The notes beneath the pieces were generated by a model. It had not been told where the DNA came from and ran no database searches. It saw nothing but the letters and a program-made list of their open reading frames with translations. Positions 20,183 to 29,625 of a DNA stretch of 64,000 nt are shown here, in pieces. The DNA is taken from NCBI RefSeq assembly GCF_002087085.1, contig NZ_MWQY01000001.1, positions 248,001-312,000 of the forward strand, read 5' to 3'. Numbering within the stretch: position 1 is the stretch's first letter; every line of letters starts with the position of its first letter. A program made the translations under genes and the position numbers.

Positions 20183-20638
20183 ATGAAAAGAGTTACCCTG
20201 CTGCTGTTCGTTGGTATAACGATCAGCCTGCCGATTTTTTCTCAATCCAATGAGATCATCGACCAGATCCTCCTCGAAGAACGCCTGAGCGCGGGCAGTG
20301 CCGCCTATCTGCTGACCGTTCTTGAAGGGGATGCCTCCTATGGCTCCAGGGAAGAAGCCTTCGGTGCCCTGCGGTCGGAAGCTGCCTTTGAGCTTCTCGG
20401 ACTTGCAGCGGCCGATGCGGAGGTTAATCTCGGTCAATTCGCCCATCTTGTTCAACGCAAGCTGGATCTGCCCCGCGGGCTCGGGAGCATGCTGTTCCCG
20501 GGACCCCGGTACTCCCTGCGGGACCTGAAGTTTCTTCAAATGGTTCAGGGCCGGGGAGCCCCCGATTCTCCGGTATCGGGAGAAAGGGCCCTGCGTATTA
20601 TCGGGCGGGCCCTGAGTGAACTGGAGGAGCGTTCATGA
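20183..20638 (+). CDS. Exported hypothetical protein
   Basis: SD GAGG, signal peptide, ATGA overlap with next gene. Confidence 0.75.
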   Translation: MKRVTLLLFVGITISLPIFSQSNEIIDQILLEERLSAGSAAYLLTVLEGDASYGSREEAFGALRSEAAFELLGLAAADAEVNLGQFAHLVQRKLDLPRGLGSMLFPGPRYSLRDLKFLQMVQGRGAPDSPVSGERALRIIGRALSELEERS

Positions 20639-21783
20639 AAAAAACATTGTTCTATCTGTGTGCAGTTTTCATTATCCTGCTTCCCCTGGCCGGCCTGAAC
20701 GCCTTTGACTGGGGTGTCGTGGTGGACAGCCGTTCCGATATCGACCTTATGGAGGACGAAGACGCCGAGTACACCCCACGGTTCAAGAGCTCCATCTGGT
20801 TCAACCACTTCTGGGCCGATGACGCCGAAACCCAGTACAGTTTCGCTGGCAATGTCTTTTACCTGTACAACGAAGAAGAGTATCACATCTTCGATACCGA
20901 TCTGTTGCGTCTTGGCATCAAGAAGGGCGGGCTTTTCGGCGGCGAAACCGTTATGGACGCCTCCCTGGGGCGCTTCCGTTTTTCCGACCCTACCGGAATA
21001 GCCCTTGATCACCTGGCCGACGGCGCCAGGGCCCGTTTCGACATCGGCTCCGCGGCTGTTACAGGCGCAGCGGGCTATACGGGTCTCCTTACCAAGCCGG
21101 AAGCCTCCGTCAACATGACCCTCTCGGATTATGTCGATGACGCTGACGACGATGTCTATTTTGCGCCGAAGCGGCTGTTTGAGCAGTTGAGGGTGGAGTT
21201 CCCGAATCTTGTGGAGGGACAGCTTCTGTCTGTCGAAGGTCTTTTTCAACAGGACCTGAGCGGTGATGACGATGAACTGAACAGCCTGCACCTTGCCGGT
21301 GCTCTGGAAGGCAGTCTTGGAAGCGGTTTTTTCTATAATGTGAACGGAATATTTTCCCGGGACATCAGCAACGACCTGTCGGGATATTATGGTTCCGGCG
21401 AGGTATATTTATACATGGAGAGCTTTTACAACAGCCGGGTATCCGCCGGCGTGCTGGGGGGAAGCGAGGACTTCTTTACCGTCTCTTCCCCGACCCTCGG
21501 TTTAATCGTTTCCCCCGCCCCCGCAAAGCTTACCCGGGTTTCCGCGGATTATTCCATCCGGCCCTGGGCCGACCGCTTTGATCCGTTCTTCAGGAATCTG
21601 CAGTTCACCGCCGGCGGGCGGGCCTTCTACTTCGACGGGGAGTACACCGGCATGGAGGCTGAAGGGGGTGTCCGTTTCAAACCCGCCTCGGACGTGGGAG
21701 CATCCCTCAAGGGCGGCATGTACCTGCCCGATGACGGTCCCAATCAGGGGCTGATCCGCCTGGACGTCTCTGTAGGGCTTTAA
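20635..21783 (+). CDS. Probable outer-membrane beta-barrel protein
   Basis: Signal peptide, aromatic/Gly-rich alternating strands, C-terminal RLDVSVGL. Confidence 0.7.
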   Translation: MKKTLFYLCAVFIILLPLAGLNAFDWGVVVDSRSDIDLMEDEDAEYTPRFKSSIWFNHFWADDAETQYSFAGNVFYLYNEEEYHIFDTDLLRLGIKKGGLFGGETVMDASLGRFRFSDPTGIALDHLADGARARFDIGSAAVTGAAGYTGLLTKPEASVNMTLSDYVDDADDDVYFAPKRLFEQLRVEFPNLVEGQLLSVEGLFQQDLSGDDDELNSLHLAGALEGSLGSGFFYNVNGIFSRDISNDLSGYYGSGEVYLYMESFYNSRVSAGVLGGSEDFFTVSSPTLGLIVSPAPAKLTRVSADYSIRPWADRFDPFFRNLQFTAGGRAFYFDGEYTGMEAEGGVRFKPASDVGASLKGGMYLPDDGPNQGLIRLDVSVGL

Positions 21784-21804
21784 TGTAAGGAAAGGAGAGA
21801 AAGT

Positions 21805-22476
21805 ATGAAAATCAGATTAATCTGCATTACAGCGGTCCTGCTGATCGCTTTGATTGTACCCGCCGCAGCCCAGACCAGCGTGGTGGTGGAGAGCTTCAGC
21901 GGCAAAGTGGAGTACCAGAGCGGCGGCGCCTGGACAGCCGTGAGCACCGGGCTGAGCATCCCCGAGGGTGCGACAATCTCCACGGGTTTCCGTTCCGAAG
22001 CCGTACTTAGGATCGGCGACTCCACCTTGGAGGTTCAACCTCTGACCCGCATGCGCATCGACGAACTGGCTGAACGGGAAGGAACCGTAAAGACCGACCT
22101 TTATCTGCGGGTGGGCCGGGTAAAAGCCGAGGTGCGGCGCACCGGAGGCCTGCAGCAGGAGTTCCGCCTGAGAAGCCCCGTATCCACCGCTGCCGTGCGG
22201 GGAACCAGCTTCAGCTATGACGGCTACAACCTGCAGGTCGTTGAAGGCCTGGTGGCCCTGATAAACGCCTACGGCCAGAGCGCCGGCATCCCCGCGGGGG
22301 TCAGCATCACCTCCGACGGTATCGAGATTCCCCCGGGAACCCTCCAGGCCCTGGAGCAGCAGTTTGGGGTGAATATCAGTGCCGCGCAGATTGAGGAGCT
22401 GGTGGAGAGCTTGCCTGTTCCAACAGGATATGAAGATTATGGAACAGCGACCATACCATGGATATATCCAAATTGA
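21805..22476 (+). CDS. FecR-domain exported protein
   Basis: Signal peptide; ISTGFRSEA, GRV and TAAVRGT FecR motifs. Confidence 0.88.
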   Translation: MKIRLICITAVLLIALIVPAAAQTSVVVESFSGKVEYQSGGAWTAVSTGLSIPEGATISTGFRSEAVLRIGDSTLEVQPLTRMRIDELAEREGTVKTDLYLRVGRVKAEVRRTGGLQQEFRLRSPVSTAAVRGTSFSYDGYNLQVVEGLVALINAYGQSAGIPAGVSITSDGIEIPPGTLQALEQQFGVNISAAQIEELVESLPVPTGYEDYGTATIPWIYPN

Positions 22477-22486
22477 TGGAGCGTAT

Positions 22487-22987
22487 ATGAATAATTTTTT
22501 TAAGTTATTTTTACCTGTTTTGATTTTTGTACTAGTTTCTCTTTCTGGCTGTTATATTGAGCCTGGTGAGAGTGATAATGAGCAAAATGCGATTACAATC
22601 GATTTGCAGACACAGAATGCAGTTGGATATGCAGGGTATGGAAGATATGTGAAAGTCTACATATATCCTGAGGAAGACGTCGATGCGATGCTTGCGAATG
22701 AGACAATTACAATAGACCAATTTAGTAACTACTACTATTATAGTACTTCTTCTTTATTGCCTCCCATTGATACACAGGCTTACTATTATGGCCCTGTGGC
22801 TAATAATGTATCTATAGGCACTATTATCGTTGCATTACCTGCCAGGAGATATAGGCTTATATTAGAACTTGTTGATTATACTGCAGTTGCCATGGCCTCT
22901 AATTATTCTGCTATAACAGACGGGTTCGAAGTTAAAACTGGGGAAAACACAGTAGTTAGCGAAGTAGTCTTCTATTTCCATTCCTGA
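22487..22987 (+). CDS. AT-rich hypothetical lipoprotein
   Basis: SD GGAG, lipobox SLSGC; Tyr-rich; base composition visibly AT-rich versus flanks. Confidence 0.75.
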   Translation: MNNFFKLFLPVLIFVLVSLSGCYIEPGESDNEQNAITIDLQTQNAVGYAGYGRYVKVYIYPEEDVDAMLANETITIDQFSNYYYYSTSSLLPPIDTQAYYYGPVANNVSIGTIIVALPARRYRLILELVDYTAVAMASNYSAITDGFEVKTGENTVVSEVVFYFHS

Positions 22988-23009
22988 ATTGAAAGCATTG
23001 AAAAAATAG

Positions 23010-24419
23010 GTGGAAATTGTAATCCCAACCAACCAGCGCCCCGAAATCCTGAAAGAGGCGCTGGTTTCTTTTATTCAGTATCTGAAAAACAGCAGTAGAG
23101 CCGCGAAGATCACAATCCTGGACGATTCCCGGGACTCCGTCTCGGCTGCGGCGAACCGGGACCTGTGCGCCGGTCTCGCCGGGACCTTCGGCGGCAGTCT
23201 GCGCTGCTTCGGCCGGGCCGAACGGGAAGCTCTGTCTGACAGGTTCAATAACAGCAGCCGGAGTTCTCTCTTCGAGTTTGCCCTGGGTCTGCCGGAAACG
23301 GTTGTAACGGGTCACCCCGGGGCCAACCGCAATGTCGGGCTCCTGCTGTATGCCGGTCGGAAGGTCCTGAGCCTGGACGACGATGTACGCTTCCGTTTTC
23401 TCCGATTCCGGGATGCAAATGGTTTTGCAGGGAATGACGACGGGATACCTCTGCTTCTTCCCCTGGGAAGCCGTAAGCGCCTTGATAAACTGACGGTGCC
23501 GGCGGACTGGAACCCGGATACAATAGATACGGTACTGGGAAGCTCTCCGTCTTCCGTGGACCATAACGGGCCGGTGAAGCTCGCCATGTGCGGGATCTAC
23601 GGCGGTCGCTGGTATACGAATCCTTTTTCCCTGTGCGCTGTGCCTTCGAATTTGTCCGGCCAGATCTGGCGGGGCAAAAAGGAGTACGAAACCGCCCGCA
23701 CTGAGCCCTGGGCCCTTATGCTCAATCCCGAAATCAGTTTTTCCGGCGCACCCTTCTTTGTTTCCACCTGTTTCGCCTATGACGGCAGCGAATTGCTTCC
23801 CCCCTTTTTGCCGGGAATCCGCAGCTCCGACAGCCTCTGGGCCTGGATGCTCAGGGCGCTGTATCCCGAGTCGCCGATCTGCCACCTGCCTCGCGCGATT
23901 GAACATGATCGAAGTATCAAACGGCCTTTCGCGGGAAACGATTTTACCGGCATCGTTCCCGGAACGTCGGAAATCATGCTGCAGCTCCTCAGGTTCATAC
24001 AGAGCGGTATTCCCGGGACCCCGGATGCCGCCGGCGTATTGTACGCCCTGGGGACCGGTCTGTCCCGTTATGCAGGAGAACCGCTAAAGCGCCGGCGGGA
24101 GATTTTGACGGAACTCTATCTTGCATCCCTGGGCGGCCGTCTTGGGGTCTTCAGGCAGGGGCTTGAAGAGAGCCGGGGGAAGCCCCGTTTCTGGGCGGAA
24201 GATCTGGAACTGCATATTCGTCTCCTGCGAAACGAGGCCCGTGAAGCCCGGCCCTGGCTGCCCCGGGAGTTCAGAAACCCCGGTGGAGAGGTAGAGGAAG
24301 AACTAGACGAAGAGGCCTTCCGGGAGTACCTTGCGCACTGCGGTGAACTCCTCTGCGCATGGCCGGAGATCTGGCGGAAGGCGGCGGACTTGAACCGGAG
24401 GGGAGGTCCGGGGCCATGA
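23010..24419 (+). CDS. GT-A (GT2-like) fold protein, paralog 1
   Basis: IVIPTNQRPEILKEALVS, ITILDDS, GANRN..LL, SLDDD. Confidence 0.75.
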   Translation: MEIVIPTNQRPEILKEALVSFIQYLKNSSRAAKITILDDSRDSVSAAANRDLCAGLAGTFGGSLRCFGRAEREALSDRFNNSSRSSLFEFALGLPETVVTGHPGANRNVGLLLYAGRKVLSLDDDVRFRFLRFRDANGFAGNDDGIPLLLPLGSRKRLDKLTVPADWNPDTIDTVLGSSPSSVDHNGPVKLAMCGIYGGRWYTNPFSLCAVPSNLSGQIWRGKKEYETARTEPWALMLNPEISFSGAPFFVSTCFAYDGSELLPPFLPGIRSSDSLWAWMLRALYPESPICHLPRAIEHDRSIKRPFAGNDFTGIVPGTSEIMLQLLRFIQSGIPGTPDAAGVLYALGTGLSRYAGEPLKRRREILTELYLASLGGRLGVFRQGLEESRGKPRFWAEDLELHIRLLRNEAREARPWLPREFRNPGGEVEEELDEEAFREYLAHCGELLCAWPEIWRKAADLNRRGGPGP

Positions 24420-26170
24420 TGCAGGAGCGTTTTTATCCCGCGGAATGCGCGGCCTTTCCTGCGGGGCGGGAGGAGGTACTGCTCAGGAACCGGAATGCCG
24501 GGGAAACATTGATTTTACCGGCGGCGCAATATGGTTTGTTTCGTTTTCTTACAGGCTGTATTTCCCTGGACGGCCACTTGGAAACCCTGGTTCAGGCCGA
24601 CCGATACGGTTTTGCGCTTGATGTTTTGCGGCGACTTCTTACCGGATGGGTCGAGTCCGGTCTGCTCAGGCCGGAGGCCCTTCTTTCTGCAGAGAAAAAA
24701 AGCAGCAAAGACCATAAACGCGGGGGGCTTTCCGCAGCGGTAATTACCGCGGACCGTCCTGAATCCCTGAAAAAGTGGCTCGAGTCACGGACCGGTCATT
24801 CGGACTTTTCGGGGCCGCGAATCCCTCTGTATGTTTTCGACGGCAGCGGAAATTCGGACAATGCGAAGCGAAACAGGAAAATCACCGCTGATCTTGGAAA
24901 GGACTATCCCGGACCTCTTGTCTATTTCGGGGAGGAGGAAAAGCGCCTGTTTCGCGACTCTCTTGCGGCCGCCTGCAGCCTGGACGGTATCTCTCCGCAG
25001 CTGCTGGACTTTGCTCTTCACGGTCCCGGGGATGGAGCTGGTTTTGTACGCACCGGGGCCAACCGCAATACCGCCCTGCTTGCAGCCGGCAGGGGACGGA
25101 CCTGGTACAGCGATGACGACCTGTACTATCGGATTTTTTCGCATCCAGGAGCAGTTGGAGAAGGCAGGCGTTTCGAGGCGGGGGGATACTCTGAGCTGAA
25201 GTTCTTTGCGTCCCAGGGGGAGCTGCGGGACTACTTCGTAGCCATGGAGAATTACAATCTACCCCGGGAGATTCTGTCCAGGTTGGGGGAGCCCCTGAAG
25301 CTCGATGAAGCGGGTCGGGAAGATCTTGCAGCTCTGAGCCCCGAAACGGCCAGGGTTATCGAGGGCGGAGAAGCCCTGATCGGCGCCGTCAGTGCCGGCT
25401 ATTGCGGTGCCCGCTGGTTTACCGACAGTTTTTTTATCGATTCCCGGCGATATTTTTCGGATGATGACATTTACCTGGATAAAAGGCGTTACTCCGCCTC
25501 GGTTTTGTCGGGCTTGAATATCCATGCGCCCCGGATGCCTGTTGTACGGGACGGGTTAAACCTGCAGGGAGGCAGCCTGGCCCTGGAGGGTACCCTGGAA
25601 CTGCCCGCCTGGTTTCCCCTGGATCGTCAGGAGGACTCCTGCTTCGGCATGATGTTTCTGGCCTGTAATCCTCAGGTCCGGGCAATGTACCTGCCCGCGG
25701 CCCTGTATCACGATCCGGAAGTGGACAAACCGGACTTGTCGGGGACAGACCGGGACCTGCTGCCCGGACCGGGAAGGATGAACCATATGATTCTCGGAGA
25801 TTTCGTCAGACAGTTTGTCTCGGAATCAGCCGAGGGCAGGCTGCAGGAGGCAGCGCAGAAATATATCCGGACGGCTTCCCTGGGGCAGACCTCCTTCCGG
25901 GAGTATCTGAGGGCACAATACACAAAATACTCAGACAGCCGCATCGAGTTCATAGATAGGCTTCTTGATATTTACAACGATGAACCCGGGTGGTGGGCCG
26001 AATCCTTAACATCCTACCGGGATGCCCTGACCGCAGGCGTTAAGGATCCCCTCGCCGGACTTCCGGGAGGCTATCAGGAGTGGCTGAAGCTCTACGGTGA
26101 GCTCCTGGAAGCCTGGCCGGTAATCCGGGAGAGGGCCGCGTCACTCGCCGGGGAGAATCAGCTCTGCTGA
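24416..26170 (+). CDS. GT-A (GT2-like) fold protein, paralog 2, with N-terminal RRE/PqqD-like winged-helix domain
   Basis: ATGA overlap; VITADRPESL, YVFDGS, GANRNTALL, YSDDD, RQED; about 90-aa N-terminal extension ending GWVESGLL. Confidence 0.75.
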   Translation: MMQERFYPAECAAFPAGREEVLLRNRNAGETLILPAAQYGLFRFLTGCISLDGHLETLVQADRYGFALDVLRRLLTGWVESGLLRPEALLSAEKKSSKDHKRGGLSAAVITADRPESLKKWLESRTGHSDFSGPRIPLYVFDGSGNSDNAKRNRKITADLGKDYPGPLVYFGEEEKRLFRDSLAAACSLDGISPQLLDFALHGPGDGAGFVRTGANRNTALLAAGRGRTWYSDDDLYYRIFSHPGAVGEGRRFEAGGYSELKFFASQGELRDYFVAMENYNLPREILSRLGEPLKLDEAGREDLAALSPETARVIEGGEALIGAVSAGYCGARWFTDSFFIDSRRYFSDDDIYLDKRRYSASVLSGLNIHAPRMPVVRDGLNLQGGSLALEGTLELPAWFPLDRQEDSCFGMMFLACNPQVRAMYLPAALYHDPEVDKPDLSGTDRDLLPGPGRMNHMILGDFVRQFVSESAEGRLQEAAQKYIRTASLGQTSFREYLRAQYTKYSDSRIEFIDRLLDIYNDEPGWWAESLTSYRDALTAGVKDPLAGLPGGYQEWLKLYGELLEAWPVIRERAASLAGENQLC

Positions 26171-26562
26171 GTAAGCCATTTAAAGGCGTCGTCAAATTCC
26201 GAAAATATCTGAACCGTAACACCCATTCCCGCATAGCGGTCTACTATGGGACGCATATTCATTTTTCCGATGGCCTTTTCCGGCACCATGAGTGCCCAGT
26301 ACTTCCAGCCCTTCTCGAGAATACGGCCTTCCCAGTTTTTCTGGCCCCATTCGAGATCCTCCTGTCTCATGGCGGAATTGCTCTTGTCGTTGGATAACCA
26401 CTTGGTGCATCCGTGTTCAATAAAGGCATCCGCACCTTTCATCATCATTTCCCGCCAGGGTTCACCGAATACAAACTTATGGATTTCGTGATGTATTATT
26501 CCTTGTTCAGGGTAGCAGTAGAGAGAAACAGAATCATTGTCCAGAAGGGTAATAGTCTTCAT
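26158..26562 (-). CDS. Small STAS/SpoIIAA-like hypothetical protein
   Basis: 134 aa, SD GGAG; KWLSND..., C-terminal FSEFDDAFKWL pattern. Confidence 0.7.
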   Translation of the reverse strand: MKTITLLDNDSVSLYCYPEQGIIHHEIHKFVFGEPWREMMMKGADAFIEHGCTKWLSNDKSNSAMRQEDLEWGQKNWEGRILEKGWKYWALMVPEKAIGKMNMRPIVDRYAGMGVTVQIFSEFDDAFKWLTQQS

Positions 26563-26815
26563 GCAGCATCTCCGAATTTAATATTTTTGATCTTTAAAAT
26601 GAGATCTACCAGGAATTCTATGAACAAGCTTATGAAACGCAAATTCTGTCCTGTGTATTTCTGCAGAAATCAGCTTTTTGAAGGGAATTCCCATCGTCGA
26701 AGAGATCCAGACCCTCAGAGTTACGGATTGGACGGGTATACAGGGGCTCAATTCCGAGGTCAATCCTTATTGACCCTCATACTGCTTAAGTGCGAAACTT
26801 TGCGGCGAAAACCCG

Positions 26816-29080
26816 ATGAAGTCTAAAATTGTCATCTTTATTCTGCCCCCTCTGCTGATTGTCCTGCTCATTACCTCCGGTCTGGTGTATCTCAATACCC
26901 GGCTGCTGCCGAAGTCTGTAACAGCAATGGCAAACCGGCTCGAAGAACGTACCGGCCTCGTTTTTCATGCGGATTCCATCAGCTATTTCCCTTTCGCCGG
27001 CCTGAAGCTCTCCCAGGTCCGTCTTTTTGACGCATATAAGGAGTCTGATGACCCATTTTTTACCGCCCGGCGGATGGATATCGATCTGAACATACTGCTA
27101 CTGCTTAGCCGGGGAACGGGGGCGGGGAATCTTGTAAAGAGTGTAAATTTTCATGATCCGCGAATCCTTCTGACAATGGATCTTCTCTCCTTCGCGAGGG
27201 ATAGGCATAATGTACATCAGCCTGAAGGCGGCATGAAAACTCCCGATAACATGTCTGCACCGGCGGATCCCGGGACCCCGGAATCCTCTGCCGGTACAGG
27301 TACAGACAGCGGGGAAAAGTCAGTGTCCCGGGTTCCGCCTGAGTTTATCCGCTTCTGGAACATCGGCTCCCGGATAATCGGACACCGGCTCTTTCCAGAT
27401 CAGCTTTTCCTGTATAACCCGTCTTTTATCTGCACCGGCAAAACTGGAAAAACTGAAATTTTCAACGGTCCCGATGTATTTATCGACCGGGAATCCTCCC
27501 CCGGACTGCTTCAGATTACAGCAAAGGATGAGCGAACAGGCTTAAGCGTCAGTCTGAACTTCGAGGAAAAGAAAGCCGAGGGCGATTTCGAGGTTGCTGG
27601 TATCGATCTGGAACGCCTTGTTCCTCTCTTCTTCTCTGCAGATGCTCTTCCCCGCATTTCCGGATTTCTCGATGTAAAGAGCAGGTTCCTGAGCCCCGTC
27701 CCCGGGCTCATTGAGCTTGAAGGGGCATTAATGGGAAGAAACCTCGCTGTTTCCCACCAGCTCCTGGGGGAAGAGGCTGTTTCAGGGGTCGATCTGGACT
27801 ACGATTTTAACCTGATCTTTGATCCGGAACCCCCCCTGGCCCCGCCCAGGATTCTTGGAAAAGCAACCCCGTCAAATCCGGCAATCATAGCAGCCATGCA
27901 GGAGTCTCATTTGAGGGATCCCTCTTCCGCCTGGGGAGAACTGCGGGTGCGAACAGGGAATCTCAGGGTAAACGGTATTGCCATGGATTTTCTTCCGGCA
28001 ATACGGGGCATCTTTCCACGAACCTCTGCGCCGGCCCGGCTTGATCTGCGTCTTCATCTGCCGGAAACCGGAGCTGATGCGATTCTCAGGGCGGTGCCCG
28101 ATGGACTTTCCGGCCCCTTCGAAGGGATGAAGCTCGCCGGAAGTCTCTCCTGGGATCTGGACCTGGAGATTCCCCTGGATATGATTCGGGAGATGAACTG
28201 GCGGTCCTCTGTATCCATGGAAGACTTTGCTGTGGATTCAATACCGGCGGAGCTGAACGTCTATAAACTGAAACGATCCTTTGTTCACATACTGGAAGAT
28301 GGGAGAAATTCCCGAAAGATCAGGGTCCCTGAACCGCGGAGGGTGGGGCTTCAGTGGATGCTGGATAACTCTGAGCTTACGGAAAGACAGATATACCGTC
28401 TGCAGAACCGGGAAAAACAGGGGGCTCCGGAACCCGAGGTCTTCGGCGGGGAGGAAGAGGCAGCCGATGTTCCCCTCGACCGGAGTTACCGCTATGTGTA
28501 CCTGGAGGATATGTCCCGTTGGATTCCCCTGGCGGTTCTGACCTGTGAGGACGGAGACTTCTTTTTTCATGACGGCATAAACTGGCTGACCTTTCGCCAC
28601 GCAATGGAACGGAATATACTTTCCGGCGGCATCGAAGTGGGGGCCAGTACCCTGACGATGCAGCTTATAAAGAACCTTTTTTTGAGCCGCGACAGGGTTC
28701 TTGCCCGCAAGATCCACGAGGCCTTCCTGGTCTACCTTCTGGAAGGGAACGCCCGGGTTTCCAAGGATCGGATTTTAGAGCTTTACATAAATCTGGTGGA
28801 GTTCGGTCCGGGAATAATCGGTATTCGCGAGGCGGCGCAATACTATTTCGGAAAGGTGCCTGGTGAAATCAGCGCCCCGGAAGCGGTCTGGCTGGCTTCC
28901 ATTCTCCCGGCCCCACGCAGCTATCATGGCATGTTTCTTGACGGTGAAGTTCCGGACTACTGGTGGGCACATATGCGGGGTTATTTTGATCTGATGCTGG
29001 AAAGAGGTCGCCTCAGCGAGGAAGAATACCAGCGGGCTGTTTCACGGCGTCCCCGATTCAGGAATGGAGACGCCTCATGA
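26816..29080 (+). CDS. Peptidoglycan transglycosylase (GT51) with large N-terminal AsmA-like region and no transpeptidase
   Basis: EDGDFFFHDG, GASTLTMQLIKNLFL, RKIHE, KDRILELYIN motifs; N-terminal TM anchor. Confidence 0.88.
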   Translation: MKSKIVIFILPPLLIVLLITSGLVYLNTRLLPKSVTAMANRLEERTGLVFHADSISYFPFAGLKLSQVRLFDAYKESDDPFFTARRMDIDLNILLLLSRGTGAGNLVKSVNFHDPRILLTMDLLSFARDRHNVHQPEGGMKTPDNMSAPADPGTPESSAGTGTDSGEKSVSRVPPEFIRFWNIGSRIIGHRLFPDQLFLYNPSFICTGKTGKTEIFNGPDVFIDRESSPGLLQITAKDERTGLSVSLNFEEKKAEGDFEVAGIDLERLVPLFFSADALPRISGFLDVKSRFLSPVPGLIELEGALMGRNLAVSHQLLGEEAVSGVDLDYDFNLIFDPEPPLAPPRILGKATPSNPAIIAAMQESHLRDPSSAWGELRVRTGNLRVNGIAMDFLPAIRGIFPRTSAPARLDLRLHLPETGADAILRAVPDGLSGPFEGMKLAGSLSWDLDLEIPLDMIREMNWRSSVSMEDFAVDSIPAELNVYKLKRSFVHILEDGRNSRKIRVPEPRRVGLQWMLDNSELTERQIYRLQNREKQGAPEPEVFGGEEEAADVPLDRSYRYVYLEDMSRWIPLAVLTCEDGDFFFHDGINWLTFRHAMERNILSGGIEVGASTLTMQLIKNLFLSRDRVLARKIHEAFLVYLLEGNARVSKDRILELYINLVEFGPGIIGIREAAQYYFGKVPGEISAPEAVWLASILPAPRSYHGMFLDGEVPDYWWAHMRGYFDLMLERGRLSEEEYQRAVSRRPRFRNGDAS

Positions 29081-29625
29081 TCATGAGGCTTTTCGTACAG
29101 TTTTTCCGGATAGGCCTCTTTACCATCGGCGGAGGCTACGCCATGGTACCGATTATTGAGCATGAGATTTCCACAACCGCAAAGCTGCTCAGCAAGGCGG
29201 AGATAGACCATGTACTGCTTGTAGCCCAGTCGGCACCGGGTCCCATCGCTGTCAATACGGCCTTTTTGATCGGGCGCCACATCGGAGGCTGGAAAGGAGC
29301 TGTGGCCACCTGTCTGGGGGTGTCTCTTCCTTCCTTTTTGATAATTCTGTTAATTGCGATCCATCTTTCGGGATTTTTCGAGCTGCCGGAGGTCATGTCC
29401 TCCTTCCGGGGAATCCGTGGCGCTGTTGTCGCCCTTATAGCGCTGACCGGGATTCGGGTCGCCCGGCGCACTTTCTCCGTGTTTCTTGTTATCCTCGCGG
29501 TAATCTGGTTTCTCCTGCTCATTCTTACCGGAATAAACCCCTACCAGATTGTCGCCCTCTCGGTTGCTGCCGGTCTTGTGCGGGAGTTTCTGCGCAGGAG
29601 ACGCAAAGGAGGGAAAGCCGGATGA
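29077..29625 (+). CDS. chrA: Short-chain chromate transporter (CHR family), subunit 1
   Basis: IGGGYAM, AQSAPGPIAVN. Confidence 0.9.
   Translation: MIMRLFVQFFRIGLFTIGGGYAMVPIIEHEISTTAKLLSKAEIDHVLLVAQSAPGPIAVNTAFLIGRHIGGWKGAVATCLGVSLPSFLIILLIAIHLSGFFELPEVMSSFRGIRGAVVALIALTGIRVARRTFSVFLVILAVIWFLLLILTGINPYQIVALSVAAGLVREFLRRRRKGGKAG

Noticed and set aside
22989..23012. TAG read-through or pseudogene at the start of GT paralog 1
   Set aside because: The upstream in-frame stretch is only a few codons, and the GTG begins exactly at the first GT2-type strand, so a normal start is sufficient.
26563..26815. Intergenic region as riboswitch/ncRNA or as the RiPP precursor (ORF 26578-26763)
   Set aside because: Only a short hairpin (GAGGTCAAT/ATTGACCCTC) is present; no riboswitch consensus was recognised and the ORF lacks leader/core character. 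An Rfam scan would settle it.
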